Counted from the first letter of the stretch, positions 25,599 through 36,027 are shown. The stretch: 45,625 bases of DNA from Rhodocyclaceae bacterium (GCA_027492775.1 JAPUEC010000189.1:1-45625), one strand, 5' to 3'. The notes: generated by a model not told the origin, from the sequence alone. Translations and numbers: made by a program.

Positions 25599-26453
25599 AT
25601 GACGCAAACTCTGGCGCTTCCCATCCCCGCTGCGGTTGGCAATCTGGATGCATACATTCAGACGGCGAAGCGTTTCCCGATGCTCTCCGAGGCGGAGGAA
25701 ATGCGGCTGGCCAAACTGTTCCGGGACGAGGGTGATATCGACGCTGCCCGCCAGCTCGTGTTGTCTCATCTGCGCCTGGTGATTTCCATCGCACGTGGCT
25801 ATGCCGGCTACGGGCTGCCGCACGCCGATCTCATCCAGGAAGGCAATATCGGCCTGATGAAGGCCGTCAAGCGCTTCGATCCGGACCGCGGCGTGCGTCT
25901 TGTTTCCTTCGCCATCCACTGGATCAAGGCGGAAATCCACGAATACATTCTCAAGAACTGGCGTTTGGTCAAGGTGGCGACGACCAAGGCGCAGCGCAAG
26001 CTCTTCTTCAACCTGCGCAGCCTGAAGAACGCCCACGAGGGCGTGGAAACGCTTTCCGGCCCCCAGGCCACGGAAGTGGCCCGGCACCTCGACGTCAAGG
26101 TCGACGAGGTGGTGGAGATGGAAACCCGGCTCTCGGGCCGCGACATCGCGCTCGAAGGCCATCCGGACGATGGCGACGAAGCGTTTGCGCCGATCGATTA
26201 TCTCGCCGACTCGCGCTACGAGCCCACCCGCGTCATCGAATCCAAGACCGTGGCGCGCCTGCAGAACGAGGGCTTGAGCGGCGCGCTGGACGCTCTAGAC
26301 GCCCGCAGCCGCCGCATCGTCGAAACCCGCTGGCTGCACGACGAGCCGGCGACGCTCCAGGATCTCGCCGATGAATTCGGCGTGTCGGCTGAGCGCATCC
26401 GCCAGATCGAAGTCAAGGCGCTGCAGAAAATGCGGGGCGCGCTCGCCGCTTGA
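25599..26453 (+). CDS. rpoH: RNA polymerase sigma-32 (heat-shock sigma factor)
   Basis: GGAGGA lies 8 nt upstream of the ATG at 25599. LVLSHLRLVISIARGYAGYGLPHADLIQEGNIGLMKAVKRFDP is sigma70 region 2. The RpoH box is present as QRKLFFNLRSLK. Confidence 0.95.
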   Translation: MTQTLALPIPAAVGNLDAYIQTAKRFPMLSEAEEMRLAKLFRDEGDIDAARQLVLSHLRLVISIARGYAGYGLPHADLIQEGNIGLMKAVKRFDPDRGVRLVSFAIHWIKAEIHEYILKNWRLVKVATTKAQRKLFFNLRSLKNAHEGVETLSGPQATEVARHLDVKVDEVVEMETRLSGRDIALEGHPDDGDEAFAPIDYLADSRYEPTRVIESKTVARLQNEGLSGALDALDARSRRIVETRWLHDEPATLQDLADEFGVSAERIRQIEVKALQKMRGALAA

Positions 26454-26501
26454 GCCGGATAGCGGCGGGGCTCTTCCCTGTCCGCTCCCCCTGCGTAAGC
26501 C

Positions 26502-27857
26502 CTAAGCCTGTTGGCGCGAAAGGGCCGCTAGTAGCTTCGCGTGAATGCCGTTGAAACCGCCGTTGCTCATCACCAGGATGTGATCTCCCGGCTTAGCAAA
26601 GGCGGCAATCGTTTCCACCAGTCGGTCGAAATCGGTTTCCACCGTCGCTTTCTCACCGAGCGGCGCCAGCGCCGCGACGGCATCCCAATCCAGATTGCCG
26701 GCATAGCAGAACACTTGGTCAGCATCCGTGAGGCTGGCCGGCAGCTTGTCCTTCATGACCCCGAGCTTCATGGTGTTGGAGCGGGGCTCCAAAACGGCGA
26801 GGATGCGTTGGGTGCCGACGCGGCGGCGCAAACCGGCCATGGTCGTGGCGATGGCGGTCGGATGGTGGGCGAAGTCGTCATATACGGCGACGCCATTCAC
26901 CGCGCCGCGTTCTTCCAGCCGGCGCTTGACGTTCTCGAACCGCGCCAATGCTTCCAGTCCCTTGTCGAGCGGAACGCCGACATGCCTGGCGGCGAGCAGC
27001 GCTGCGCAGGCGTTGGCGCGATTGTGATCGCCAGTCAGGCGCCAGGTGGTGCGTCCGAGTTCGCCTTCCGGTCCATGCATCACCAATTCGCCGGTCGCAT
27101 CGTCGCCAGAAACTCGCAAACCCTCGTCCGTATTGAACCACTCCACCGGCGTCCAACAGCCGCGCTCGACCACCCGCTTCAGACTTGCTTCCTGAGCATT
27201 GGCGACGATGAGGCCACTGGCTGGGATGGTGCGGACCAAGTGGTGGAACTGCGTTTCAATCGCTGCCAGATCGGCGAAGATATCTGCATGATCGAATTCC
27301 AGGTTGTTCAGGACGGCGGTTCGCGGACGGTAGTGCACAAATTTGGAGCGTTTGTCGCAGAACGCGGTGTCGTATTCGTCGGCTTCAATAACGAAGAAGG
27401 GCGTGCTGCCGAGCCGGGCTGAAACGCCGAAGTTGAGAGGGACGCCGCCAATGAGAAATCCGGGCCCCATCCCCGCGTCTTCGAGAATCCACGCCAGCAT
27501 CGAGGCGGTCGTCGTTTTGCCGTGGGTGCCTGCCACCGCCAGCACCCAATGCCCGGTGAGGATGTATTCCGCCAGCCATTGTGGCCCCGAAACATAGGGC
27601 AGGCCACGGTCGAGAATGGCTTCGAGCAGGGGATTGCCGCGCGAAACAGCGTTGCCGATGACGAACATGTCCGGGAACAGCTCGACCTGCTGGGCATCGT
27701 AGCCTTCAATCAATTCGATCCCGGATTTGCGCAGCTGATCGCTCATCGGCGGATAAACATTGGCATCGCAGCCGGTGACGCGATGCCCGCAAGCGCGCGC
27801 GAGTTGGGCGATGCCGCCCATGAAGGTGCCGCAGATGCCGAGGATGTGGATGTGCAT
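26502..27857 (-). CDS. mpl: UDP-N-acetylmuramate:L-alanyl-gamma-D-glutamyl-meso-diaminopimelate ligase
   Basis: 451 aa. MHIHILGICGTFMGGIAQLARACGHRVTGCDANVYPPMSDQL... and Mur-ligase motifs (AVAGTHGKTTT). Confidence 0.9.
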   Translation of the reverse strand: MHIHILGICGTFMGGIAQLARACGHRVTGCDANVYPPMSDQLRKSGIELIEGYDAQQVELFPDMFVIGNAVSRGNPLLEAILDRGLPYVSGPQWLAEYILTGHWVLAVAGTHGKTTTASMLAWILEDAGMGPGFLIGGVPLNFGVSARLGSTPFFVIEADEYDTAFCDKRSKFVHYRPRTAVLNNLEFDHADIFADLAAIETQFHHLVRTIPASGLIVANAQEASLKRVVERGCWTPVEWFNTDEGLRVSGDDATGELVMHGPEGELGRTTWRLTGDHNRANACAALLAARHVGVPLDKGLEALARFENVKRRLEERGAVNGVAVYDDFAHHPTAIATTMAGLRRRVGTQRILAVLEPRSNTMKLGVMKDKLPASLTDADQVFCYAGNLDWDAVAALAPLGEKATVETDFDRLVETIAAFAKPGDHILVMSNGGFNGIHAKLLAALSRQQA

Positions 27858-27877
27858 GTGGACAAAGACCCGTTAGA

Positions 27878-28519
27878 ATGGCCGCGATTGTACTCTCGAT
27901 GAGACCTCCCATGCCCCGCCACGAACGCGTGCGGCAAGCCAGTAACTCCCGCCTTCGCATCGCCAGCGCCGCCGCACGCCTAATGGCTGATGGGGGCATC
28001 GGCGATTTCGGGCTGGCTAAGAAAAAGGCACTTCGCCAGTTGGGGCTGCCGGAAAACACGCCCTTGCCCGATAACGCTGAAATCGAGGCTGAATTGCGTG
28101 CTTACCAGGCGCTTTATCATGGCGACGAGCAACTCGAACACCTCCAGGCGCTGCGCGAGACAGCCGTCGAGATCATGGAATTACTGGCCGATTTCAAGCC
28201 CTATCTCACCGGCTCGGTGTTGGATGGCACCGCCGGAAGTTTCTCCGACATCAATATCCTGCTCTTCGCCGACAGCGCCAAGGATGTCGAGATATTCCTG
28301 CTCAACCAGGATGCGGCGTTCACGCACCTGGAAGCGAACGATGAGCGAATCGACGCGGTATTGCAGCTACAAACCGAAATCGCCGACGTCAAATTGGTGA
28401 TCCTGGCGCCGAACCTGGAACGCGTTACTTTCCGGAGCCACGACGGCAGAGTGCGCGAAAAGGCGCGAATTGCGTCGGTACGACAACTTCTCGATCCGAG
28501 CGGTGTCACCGAAGCGTAA
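27878..28519 (+). CDS. Conserved hypothetical protein, possibly a degenerate minimal nucleotidyltransferase fold
   Basis: 213 aa. GSVLDGTAGSFSDINILLFAD resembles the GS-x(10)-D-x-D nucleotidyltransferase motif, but with Asn in place of the second Asp. The start is uncertain; in-frame ATGs also occur at 27899 and 27911. Confidence 0.4.
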   Translation: MAAIVLSMRPPMPRHERVRQASNSRLRIASAAARLMADGGIGDFGLAKKKALRQLGLPENTPLPDNAEIEAELRAYQALYHGDEQLEHLQALRETAVEIMELLADFKPYLTGSVLDGTAGSFSDINILLFADSAKDVEIFLLNQDAAFTHLEANDERIDAVLQLQTEIADVKLVILAPNLERVTFRSHDGRVREKARIASVRQLLDPSGVTEA

Positions 28520-28588
28520 TGTTCTGATTTGCAGCTATTTGTCCGAAAGGCTGGACAAATTGCGTCGATTTGCGGCAAACTCGCCGCC

Positions 28589-29068
28589 ATGACGAAGCAC
28601 AAAAACAGCTCCGCTAAGCCGCAAAAAGCCCGCCTGCTGGTTTTGCATGGGCCGAATCTCAATCTTTTGGGAACGCGGGAGCCAGACCATTACGGCAATG
28701 TCACCCTCGAAGAGATCAACCGAGCGCTCGCGCTTCGGGCAAACGCGGCCGAGGTCGAACTCGAAACCTTCCAGAGCAACCATGAAGGCGCTTTGATCGA
28801 ACGGGTTCATGCCGCTCGGGAGCAGGGCGTTCGCTACATCGTCATCAATCCGGCCGGCTACACGCACACTAGCGTGGCGTTGCGTGATGCGCTGGCGGCG
28901 ACCAACATCCCATTTGTTGAAGTGCATCTCTCCAATGTGCATGCGCGGGAGCCGTTCCGTCAGCACTCTTATTTTTCCGATTTGGCCATCGGCGTCATTG
29001 CCGGGCTCGGCCATGAGGGCTACATGCTCGCCCTCGAGTATCTCCTCAACAAGATCAACACCGATTAA
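28589..29068 (+). CDS. aroQ: 3-dehydroquinate dehydratase, type II
   Basis: [21 protein letters not shown]...[17 protein letters not shown]...[20 protein letters not shown] chose the ATG at 28589. Confidence 0.9.
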   Translation: MTKHKNSSAKPQKARLLVLHGPNLNLLGTREPDHYGNVTLEEINRALALRANAAEVELETFQSNHEGALIERVHAAREQGVRYIVINPAGYTHTSVALRDALAATNIPFVEVHLSNVHAREPFRQHSYFSDLAIGVIAGLGHEGYMLALEYLLNKINTD

Positions 29069-29115
29069 CCGCCAAAGTGCGGCATGCAGCATATATCGCC
29101 GCCAAGGGAGGAAAC

Positions 29116-29559
29116 ATGGATTTGCGTAAACTAAAAAAATTGATCGACCTGGTTCAGGAATCCGGCATTTCGGAACTTGAAGTGACCGAGGGCGAGGAAA
29201 AGGTCCGCATCGCCAAGAATTACGGCGTGCCCATGCAGATGGCGCCGACCTACGCCGCCGCGCCGCAGGCCGCGCCGCTCGCCGCCAGCACCGTCAATCT
29301 CGACGACGACGAGGAATTGCCGGCGGGCCACGTCGTCAAGGCGCCGATGGTCGGCACGTTCTACCGCTCTCCCTCGCCGGGATCCGGCACTTTCGTCGAA
29401 GTTGGCCACACGGTGAAGCAGGGCGATACCCTCTGCATCATCGAGGCGATGAAGCTGCTCAACGAAATCGAAGCCGACGCTTCCGGCACCATCAAGGCCA
29501 TCCTCGTCGAGAACGGTCAGCCGGTCGAATACGGCGAGCCCCTCTTCATCATTGGCTGA
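29116..29559 (+). CDS. accB: Biotin carboxyl carrier protein of acetyl-CoA carboxylase
   Basis: AAGGGAGGA precedes the ATG at 29116. The protein starts [23 protein letters not shown] and carries the biotinylation motif [15 protein letters not shown]. Confidence 0.95.
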   Translation: MDLRKLKKLIDLVQESGISELEVTEGEEKVRIAKNYGVPMQMAPTYAAAPQAAPLAASTVNLDDDEELPAGHVVKAPMVGTFYRSPSPGSGTFVEVGHTVKQGDTLCIIEAMKLLNEIEADASGTIKAILVENGQPVEYGEPLFIIG

Positions 29560-29564
29560 ACGCC

Positions 29565-30923
29565 ATGTTTGAAAAAATTCTGATTGCCAATCGCGGCGAG
29601 ATTGCGCTGCGCATCCAGCGGGCCTGCCGTGAACTCGGCATCAAAACGGTGGTGGTTCACTCCGAGGCCGACCGCGAAGCCAAATACGTCAAGCTGGCGG
29701 ACGAGTCGGTCTGTATCGGCCCGGCGGCGTCGGCACTGAGTTATTTGAATGTTCCCGCCATCATTTCAGCGGCGGAAGTGACCGATGCCCAGGCGATCCA
29801 CCCCGGCTATGGCTTCCTCTCCGAAAACGCCGACTTTGCCGAGCGCGTCGAATCCTCGGGATTCGTCTTCATCGGCCCGCGCGCCGACACCATTCGCCTC
29901 ATGGGCGACAAGGTATCCGCCAAGGACGCAATGAAGGCGGCTGGCGTGCCCTGCGTGCCCGGCTCCGAAGGCGCCTTGCCGGAGAATTCCAAGGAAATCG
30001 TCCGCATCGCCCGCAGCATCGGCTATCCAGTGATCATCAAAGCGGCCGGTGGCGGCGGTGGTCGCGGCATGCGCGTGGTGCATACCGAAGCGGCGCTGGT
30101 GAATGCGGTTCAAATGACGCGCGCCGAAGCCGGCGCGGCTTTCGGCAACCCGACCGTCTACATGGAAAAGTATCTTGAAAATCCGCGCCATGTGGAAATC
30201 CAGGTACTGGCCGACCAGCACAAGAATGCGGTTTATCTCGGCGACCGCGATTGTTCCATGCAGCGCCGCCATCAGAAGGTGATCGAAGAAGCGCCCGCGC
30301 CGCACATCCCGCCACGGCTCATCGCCCGCATCGGCGAGCGCTGTGCCGACGCCTGTCGCCGGATCGGCTACCGGGGCGCGGGTACTTTCGAGTTCCTGTA
30401 CGAAAATAACGAGTTCTACTTCATCGAAATGAACACGCGCGTCCAGGTTGAGCATCCGGTGACCGAGATGATCACCGGCGTCGATATCGTCCAGGAGCAG
30501 ATTCGGGTCGCGGCCGGCGAGAAACTGCGTTTCAAGCAGCGCGACATCGAGTTCCGCGGCCACGCCATCGAATGCCGCATCAACGCCGAGGACCCCTTCA
30601 CCTTCGTGCCCTGCCCGGGGAAGATCAGCTTCTATCATCCGCCTGGCGGTCCCGGCATCCGTGTGGATTCCCACATCTACCAAGGCTACACGGTTCCTCC
30701 TTACTACGACTCGATGGTGGCCAAAGTGATCGCTTACGGCGATACCCGCCAGCAAGCGATTTGCCGTATGCGCATCGCGCTTTCCGAAATGGGCATCGAG
30801 GGCATCAAGACCAATATCGCCCTGCATCATGAGTTGATGCATGACGCCAACTTCATCAAGGGCGGCACCAACATTCATTACCTTGAGCAGAAACTCGCCC
30901 ATAAAGGCGAGGTCGGCAACTAG
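29565..30923 (+). CDS. accC: Acetyl-CoA carboxylase biotin carboxylase subunit
   Basis: 452 aa. [29 protein letters not shown]..., ATP-grasp motifs, and [14 protein letters not shown]. Confidence 0.95.
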   Translation: MFEKILIANRGEIALRIQRACRELGIKTVVVHSEADREAKYVKLADESVCIGPAASALSYLNVPAIISAAEVTDAQAIHPGYGFLSENADFAERVESSGFVFIGPRADTIRLMGDKVSAKDAMKAAGVPCVPGSEGALPENSKEIVRIARSIGYPVIIKAAGGGGGRGMRVVHTEAALVNAVQMTRAEAGAAFGNPTVYMEKYLENPRHVEIQVLADQHKNAVYLGDRDCSMQRRHQKVIEEAPAPHIPPRLIARIGERCADACRRIGYRGAGTFEFLYENNEFYFIEMNTRVQVEHPVTEMITGVDIVQEQIRVAAGEKLRFKQRDIEFRGHAIECRINAEDPFTFVPCPGKISFYHPPGGPGIRVDSHIYQGYTVPPYYDSMVAKVIAYGDTRQQAICRMRIALSEMGIEGIKTNIALHHELMHDANFIKGGTNIHYLEQKLAHKGEVGN

Positions 30924-30930
30924 GCCTGCC

Positions 30931-31824
30931 GTGTCCTGGCTGTCGGCGACCCTTTACACCGACGCAGTGCATGCGGAGTCGCTCTGCGATGCACTGCTCG
31001 AAGGTGGCGCGCTCTCGGCCCGCATCGAGGATGCGGATGCCGGCACGCCGGACGAGCAGCCGCAATTCGGCGAGCCCGGCTCATTGACGACGCCGGGCTG
31101 GACCAACTCCAAGATCGTCGCCCTGTTCGAACCGGATGCCGACATTGCGGAGATGCTGGCGCTCGCCGCCGAAGCCTGCCATTTGCCGGAGTGCCCTGAT
31201 TTTTCGGTAACGGAAATCGCCGAGCAGAACTGGGTACAACTCACCCAATCCCAGTTCGAGCCCATCCGGATCTCCCGTCGGCTCTGGATCGTTCCCTCCT
31301 GGCATGATGCGCCCGATCCCAAGGCGATCAACCTCGTGCTCGACCCCGGCATGGCGTTCGGCACCGGATCTCATCCCACCACCCGGCTCTGCCTCGAGTG
31401 GCTCGAGCGAAATGTCGTTGCTGGCGCATCGCTGCTCGACTATGGATGCGGCTCGGGCATTCTTGCGATTGCGGCGTCAAAGCTCGGGGCCGTTCCGGTG
31501 GCCGGCGTCGATATCGATGCCCAGGCGGTCACGGCCGCGCAAGCCAACGCCCAAGCCAACGACGTCGAGGCGCGCTTCGCCGATAGCGCCGAGCCGGTGG
31601 CCGGGGAGTACGACCTCGTTGTCGCCAATATTCTTTCCAACCCGCTGCGCGTTCTCGCGCCGGCCATTTGCGCCCATGTCCGGCCCGGTGGCAAACTTGC
31701 GCTTTCCGGCATTCTGTTCGATCAGGCGGACGAAATCATCGCTATCTACCGTTCCTCGATTCCGCTCACCATCGCCGATACGCGCGATGGCTGGGTCTGT
31801 CTTGCCGGCGTCAAACCCGACTGA
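30931..31824 (+). CDS. prmA: Ribosomal protein L11 methyltransferase
   Basis: GTG start at 30931, just after the accC stop. The SAM-binding motif is LLDYGCGSGILAIAASKLGA. PrmA-typical sequences FEPIRISRRLWIVPSWH and LDPGMAFGTGSHPTT are present. Confidence 0.9.
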   Translation: MSWLSATLYTDAVHAESLCDALLEGGALSARIEDADAGTPDEQPQFGEPGSLTTPGWTNSKIVALFEPDADIAEMLALAAEACHLPECPDFSVTEIAEQNWVQLTQSQFEPIRISRRLWIVPSWHDAPDPKAINLVLDPGMAFGTGSHPTTRLCLEWLERNVVAGASLLDYGCGSGILAIAASKLGAVPVAGVDIDAQAVTAAQANAQANDVEARFADSAEPVAGEYDLVVANILSNPLRVLAPAICAHVRPGGKLALSGILFDQADEIIAIYRSSIPLTIADTRDGWVCLAGVKPD

Positions 31825-32915
31825 TGCGTACCTGCTGTCCCGATTGCGCCACCGTCTTCCGCATCAGTGCGGAGCAATTGCGGGCGCGCAACGGCATGGT
31901 GCGTTGCGGCCAATGCCGGGCGGTGTTCAACGCCTTCGACAGCCTGATCGAGGACGTGGTGCCACCGACATCCGGCATGCCGCTTCCCGCGCATCAAGCC
32001 CCGCTCGCCCAGCCACGCCCGGTCGCCGTCCCGCCACCCGCGCCGCGCCCCGAGGCGCCGCAAAAGCCGGTTTCGCCACCCGCGCCGGAGATCGCTCCCG
32101 AAGCGGCTCATAAGCCCGCACCCAAGGCGCACCCGGAACACGCGGGGATCAACGACAACCTCGAGAAGCTGGAAGTGCTGCGTCAGGATCTTGAGCGGGC
32201 CTTGGAGGTGGATGTCCCACCTGCGCCGGAGCCGACGACCGAGCTGCCGTCACCGCCCGAACTGGAAGTCGCGCCGGCGCTCGACCCCATCGATGCCGCA
32301 TTGCGATCCGACGAAACGCCCGAGGAATCGGCGCGGGCAGCGCGCGACGCCGGCCTCGCCGCGGTTCGGGAGCTCTCCGAATCGCCGGGTTACGACCGCT
32401 GGGCGGCGGGAGCGCTGCACCTGGATTCGGCCGGTCGCATCATCACCGAGCCGGGCAAGCGCCCGGTGTGGCCCTTCATCACCGTCGTTGCGGTGCTGGC
32501 GATCGCCCTGCTGGCGCAGCTTGCCTATCATTTCCGGTCTGAGCTGACCCAACGCCTTCCAGGATTGGCCGGCGCCTATGCTGCCTTGAACATTGCCATT
32601 CCGCTGCCACGCCAGGTCGATCTGGTGACGATCGAAACCTCGGATCTGCAATCGGACAACGCTCGCGGCCTGCTCGTCCTTAATGCCACGCTCAAGAATC
32701 GCGCTTCTTTTGCCCAGGCCTGGCCGGCGCTGGAATTGACGCTGACCGACACCAACGATTCGGTCGTGGCGCGCCGCGTCCTCACCGCCGCCGACTATCT
32801 GCCGCCCAAGGCGGACGCCCAATCCTTTGCCGCCGCCAGCGAAATCGGCCTCAAGCTCTGGCTGGAATCCAAGGAAGCCGCTGCCGGCTATCGTCTTTAC
32901 GTCTTTTACCCATAA
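31824..32915 (+). CDS. Zinc-ribbon (MJ0042-type) plus DUF3426 membrane protein
   Basis: The ATG overlaps the prmA stop (TGATG). MRTCCPDCATVFRISAEQLRARNGMVRCGQCRAVFNAF is followed by a Pro-rich linker, one TM helix (WPFITVVAVLAIALLAQLAY) and a C-terminal beta-rich domain. Confidence 0.75.
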   Translation: MRTCCPDCATVFRISAEQLRARNGMVRCGQCRAVFNAFDSLIEDVVPPTSGMPLPAHQAPLAQPRPVAVPPPAPRPEAPQKPVSPPAPEIAPEAAHKPAPKAHPEHAGINDNLEKLEVLRQDLERALEVDVPPAPEPTTELPSPPELEVAPALDPIDAALRSDETPEESARAARDAGLAAVRELSESPGYDRWAAGALHLDSAGRIITEPGKRPVWPFITVVAVLAIALLAQLAYHFRSELTQRLPGLAGAYAALNIAIPLPRQVDLVTIETSDLQSDNARGLLVLNATLKNRASFAQAWPALELTLTDTNDSVVARRVLTAADYLPPKADAQSFAAASEIGLKLWLESKEAAAGYRLYVFYP

Positions 32916-32927
32916 CAGACCATCCCC

Positions 32928-33863
32928 ATGTCCTCACTCATTTGCGGTTCGCTTGCCTTCGACAACATCATGGTGTTTCCGGATCGCTTCCGGAATCACA
33001 TCCTGCCCGAACAGATTCACATCCTGAACGTCGCCTTCCTGGTGCCCGAGTTGCGCCGCGAGTTCGGCGGCTGCGCCGGCAACATCGCCTACAACCTCAA
33101 TCTCCTGGGCGGCGAAGCGCTGATCATGGCCACCGTCGGAGACGATGCGCCGACCTATCTCGACCGCCTCGACAAGCTCGGCCTGTCGCGCGCGCACGTG
33201 CGGCATGTACCCGGTACCTTCACCGCGCAGGCCTTCATCACCACCGACATCGACGACAACCAGATCACCGCCTTCCATCCGGGCGCGATGAGCTTTTCCC
33301 ACCTCAACAAGGTTGAGCATGCCATCGGCGTCACCCTAGGCATCGTCGCGCCGGACGGCCGCGAAGGCATGCAGCAGCACGCCCGCGACTTCGCCGAGCG
33401 CGGCATTCCCTTTATTTTCGATCCGGGTCAGGGCCTGCCCATGTTCAACGGCGAGGAACTGATGCAATTCATGCATCTCGCCGACTACGCCTGCTTCAAT
33501 GACTACGAGGCCAAGCTGCTTTCGAATCGTGCGGGCAAGAGCATCGAGGAACTGGCCAGGGAAGTGAAGGCGCTGATCATTACCCGCGGCGGCGAGGGAT
33601 CGATCATCTATGCCGGCGGTCAACGTCTGGACATCCCATGCGTTCAGGCAGAACAGGTGGTCGACCCTACGGGTTGTGGCGACGCGTACCGCGCAGGCTT
33701 GCTCTACGGTATCTCTAACGGCTTCGACTGGTCGACCACCGGCCAACTCGCCTCCCTCATGGGGGCGATCAAGATCGCCCAACGCGGCGGACAAAACCAC
33801 ATGCCGAGCCGAGCGGAAATCGGGGATCGCTACCGGCGGACTTTCGGCGCGGTGCTCTGGTAA
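32928..33863 (+). CDS. PfkB-family carbohydrate/nucleoside kinase (adenosine-kinase-like)
   Basis: 311 aa. GGCAGNIAYNLNLLGG near the N-terminus and DPTGCGDAYRAGLLYG (the PfkB signature 2 region). Confidence 0.8.
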   Translation: MSSLICGSLAFDNIMVFPDRFRNHILPEQIHILNVAFLVPELRREFGGCAGNIAYNLNLLGGEALIMATVGDDAPTYLDRLDKLGLSRAHVRHVPGTFTAQAFITTDIDDNQITAFHPGAMSFSHLNKVEHAIGVTLGIVAPDGREGMQQHARDFAERGIPFIFDPGQGLPMFNGEELMQFMHLADYACFNDYEAKLLSNRAGKSIEELAREVKALIITRGGEGSIIYAGGQRLDIPCVQAEQVVDPTGCGDAYRAGLLYGISNGFDWSTTGQLASLMGAIKIAQRGGQNHMPSRAEIGDRYRRTFGAVLW

Positions 33864-33874
33864 GGAAGATTGCG

Positions 33875-34333
33875 ATGAAAAGCTCGAGAATTTTGGTTTC
33901 GCTGTTGGCGGCGGCCCTGGCGCTGGGCGGCTGTGCCAGTAGCAAATCCGGCGATACCTACAGCCGCAGCCAGGCGCGGCAGGAAATGACGGTGCGCATG
34001 GGCGTCGTCGAATCGGTACGCGAGGTCACCTTGGAAGGCACCAAGACGGGCGTCGGCAGTACGGCGGGCGCCGTAGTCGGCGGCGTTGCCGGCAGCAGCG
34101 TCGGCCGGGGCAAGGGCCAGATCGTCGGCGCCGTGCTGGGCGCCGTCGCCGGTGGCATTGCCGGCAATGCTGTGGAACAAGGAACCACCGGAAAGCCGGC
34201 GATGGAAATCACCGTCCGTCTCGACAGCGGCACCATGATCGCCATCGTCCAGGAAGGCGATGTCCGCGAATTCCGCGCCGGCGACCGCGTTCGCGTCCTT
34301 TCCGGCGGCGGGGAGACGCGCGTCTCCCGCTGA
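33875..34333 (+). CDS. Outer-membrane lipoprotein with glycine-zipper (SlyB/Pcp-like)
   Basis: Lipobox LALGGC. Glycine zipper GSTAGAVVGGVAGSSVGRGKGQIVGAVLGAVAGGIAGNAV. Confidence 0.8.
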   Translation: MKSSRILVSLLAAALALGGCASSKSGDTYSRSQARQEMTVRMGVVESVREVTLEGTKTGVGSTAGAVVGGVAGSSVGRGKGQIVGAVLGAVAGGIAGNAVEQGTTGKPAMEITVRLDSGTMIAIVQEGDVREFRAGDRVRVLSGGGETRVSR

Positions 34334-34420
34334 CATGCCACTGTCAACCGGGTGCAATATGGCGGTAATCCGGGCCGCCTACATTTCGTTTCCACAACAT
34401 GGAAAAAGGGAAACGAAACG

Positions 34421-35182
34421 ATGGAATCACTGCATCAGAATGCACAGGGGCCGGTTCGGGTCGCGCGGCGCAGGCTTTCGGTCGGCCTCGCCCGGAGCGC
34501 CGATGAAATCCTCGAGGCGCAACGCTTGCGTTACCGTGTCTTCGCCGGAGAAATGGGCGCGCGGCTGACGACGCGGATCGCCGGCGTCGATCAGGATATC
34601 TATGATCCGTGGTGCGAACACCTGGTTGTTCGCGACGATGTTCTCGGCGAGGTCGTCGGCACTTATCGCATTCTCGCCCCCATCAATGCCCGGCGCATCG
34701 GCTATTACTCCGAAACCGAATTCGACCTCACCCGTTTGCAGCACCTGCGCCCGCGTTTGGTCGAGGCCGGGCGCTCGTGCGTCCATCCCGACTACCGCGA
34801 CGGCGCCACCATCGCCCTGCTCTGGGCCGGTCTGGCCCGCTACATGCAGGAAAACGGCTACATCTATCTCATGGGCTGCGCCTCCATCAGCATGAGCGAC
34901 GGCGGGCACACCGCCGCCAGCCTCTACCGGCGTTTGCAGGATCATCTCGGTCCAATCGAATATCGGGTCTTTCCGCGCTGTCCCTTGCCGCTGGATTCGC
35001 TCCGCCAGGACGACATCGTCGAAGCGCCGCCGTTGATCAAGGGCTACCTGCGCGCCGGGGCGTGGATTTGCGGCGAGCCGGCGTGGGACCCGGATTTCAA
35101 TACCGCGGATTTACCCATCCTCCTGCGCATGTCCAAGGTCGAAGGGCGTTACGCCAAGCGTTTCATGGGGCAGAAAGACTGA
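34421..35182 (+). CDS. olsB: GNAT-type N-acyltransferase, ornithine-lipid synthase OlsB-like
   Basis: ILEAQRLRYRVFAGEMGARL...DIYDPWCEHLVVRDDVLGEVVGTYRIL...GRSCVHPDYR. It is followed by a PlsC-type acyltransferase, which is the olsBA arrangement. Confidence 0.7.
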   Translation: MESLHQNAQGPVRVARRRLSVGLARSADEILEAQRLRYRVFAGEMGARLTTRIAGVDQDIYDPWCEHLVVRDDVLGEVVGTYRILAPINARRIGYYSETEFDLTRLQHLRPRLVEAGRSCVHPDYRDGATIALLWAGLARYMQENGYIYLMGCASISMSDGGHTAASLYRRLQDHLGPIEYRVFPRCPLPLDSLRQDDIVEAPPLIKGYLRAGAWICGEPAWDPDFNTADLPILLRMSKVEGRYAKRFMGQKD

Positions 35183-35223
35183 CTTCGCGGCCGACTTCTC
35201 TCATCCAGCGCTGGTTCCGCCTC

Positions 35224-36027
35224 ATGCGAACCCTCCTACTCGTCCTGCGTGGCATCGCGACGGTTGCTTTCATCTACCCGTTCGCCGGTGAAGACAAGCT
35301 GGCCCGCCTGCGCCAATGCTGGTCCAAAGCGCTGCTCGACCGACTCGGCGTTCGCCTGGAAGCGGATGTCGAGCACGTGTCGGCGGGCGGCATGGTCGTC
35401 GCCAACCATGTCTCCTGGCTGGATGTCTTTGCCATCAACGCCGCCATTTCCACCGCCTTCGTCGCCAAGGCCGATGTCCGGCAATGGCCCTTGCTGGGCT
35501 GGCTGGCGGCCAAGAACGAAACCGTGTTCCTGCGTCGCGGCAGCCGTGGCCACGCCCGCGAGATCGGCGGCGCCATTGTCGAGAAATTGGATGCGGGCAG
35601 GATCGTCGCGGTGTTTCCCGAGGGTACGACGACAGATGGCAGATCGGTACAGCACTTCCATGCCGCGCTATTGCAGCCGGCGCTGACAGCCGGATACCCG
35701 ATCGTCCCGCTGGCGATTTCGTATTGGGATGAAAACGGTGAGCGCAGCCTGGCGGCGCGCTATGACGGGGATGTGACCTTGAGCCAATCGCTGCGAGCGA
35801 TTCTTGCCTGTAGCCAACTTACCGTGCGCCTGCGCAGCCTGCCACCGGATAGCCGGCTCGACCGCCGCGCCGTGGCGGCGGCTGCCCGCGCAGCGATTAT
35901 CGCGGCTGCGCTTCTTGAGCCGAGCACGCCACCTGGAACACCCGCCGATCTTCAAGACGCACGGCAGTCAGGCGATTCCCCCAGAGACAGCCGGAATCGA
36001 GCGCGAGAAGGTTCGGCAGCAGTTTGA
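35224..36027 (+). CDS. olsA: Lysophospholipid (PlsC-family) acyltransferase, OlsA-like
   Basis: HX4D motif NHVSWLD and the FPEGTT motif. The start is set at ATG 35224. The 3' end overlaps the convergent apaH by 131 nt, so the stop is as read but the tail could be non-functional. Confidence 0.65.
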   Translation: MRTLLLVLRGIATVAFIYPFAGEDKLARLRQCWSKALLDRLGVRLEADVEHVSAGGMVVANHVSWLDVFAINAAISTAFVAKADVRQWPLLGWLAAKNETVFLRRGSRGHAREIGGAIVEKLDAGRIVAVFPEGTTTDGRSVQHFHAALLQPALTAGYPIVPLAISYWDENGERSLAARYDGDVTLSQSLRAILACSQLTVRLRSLPPDSRLDRRAVAAAARAAIIAAALLEPSTPPGTPADLQDARQSGDSPRDSRNRAREGSAAV

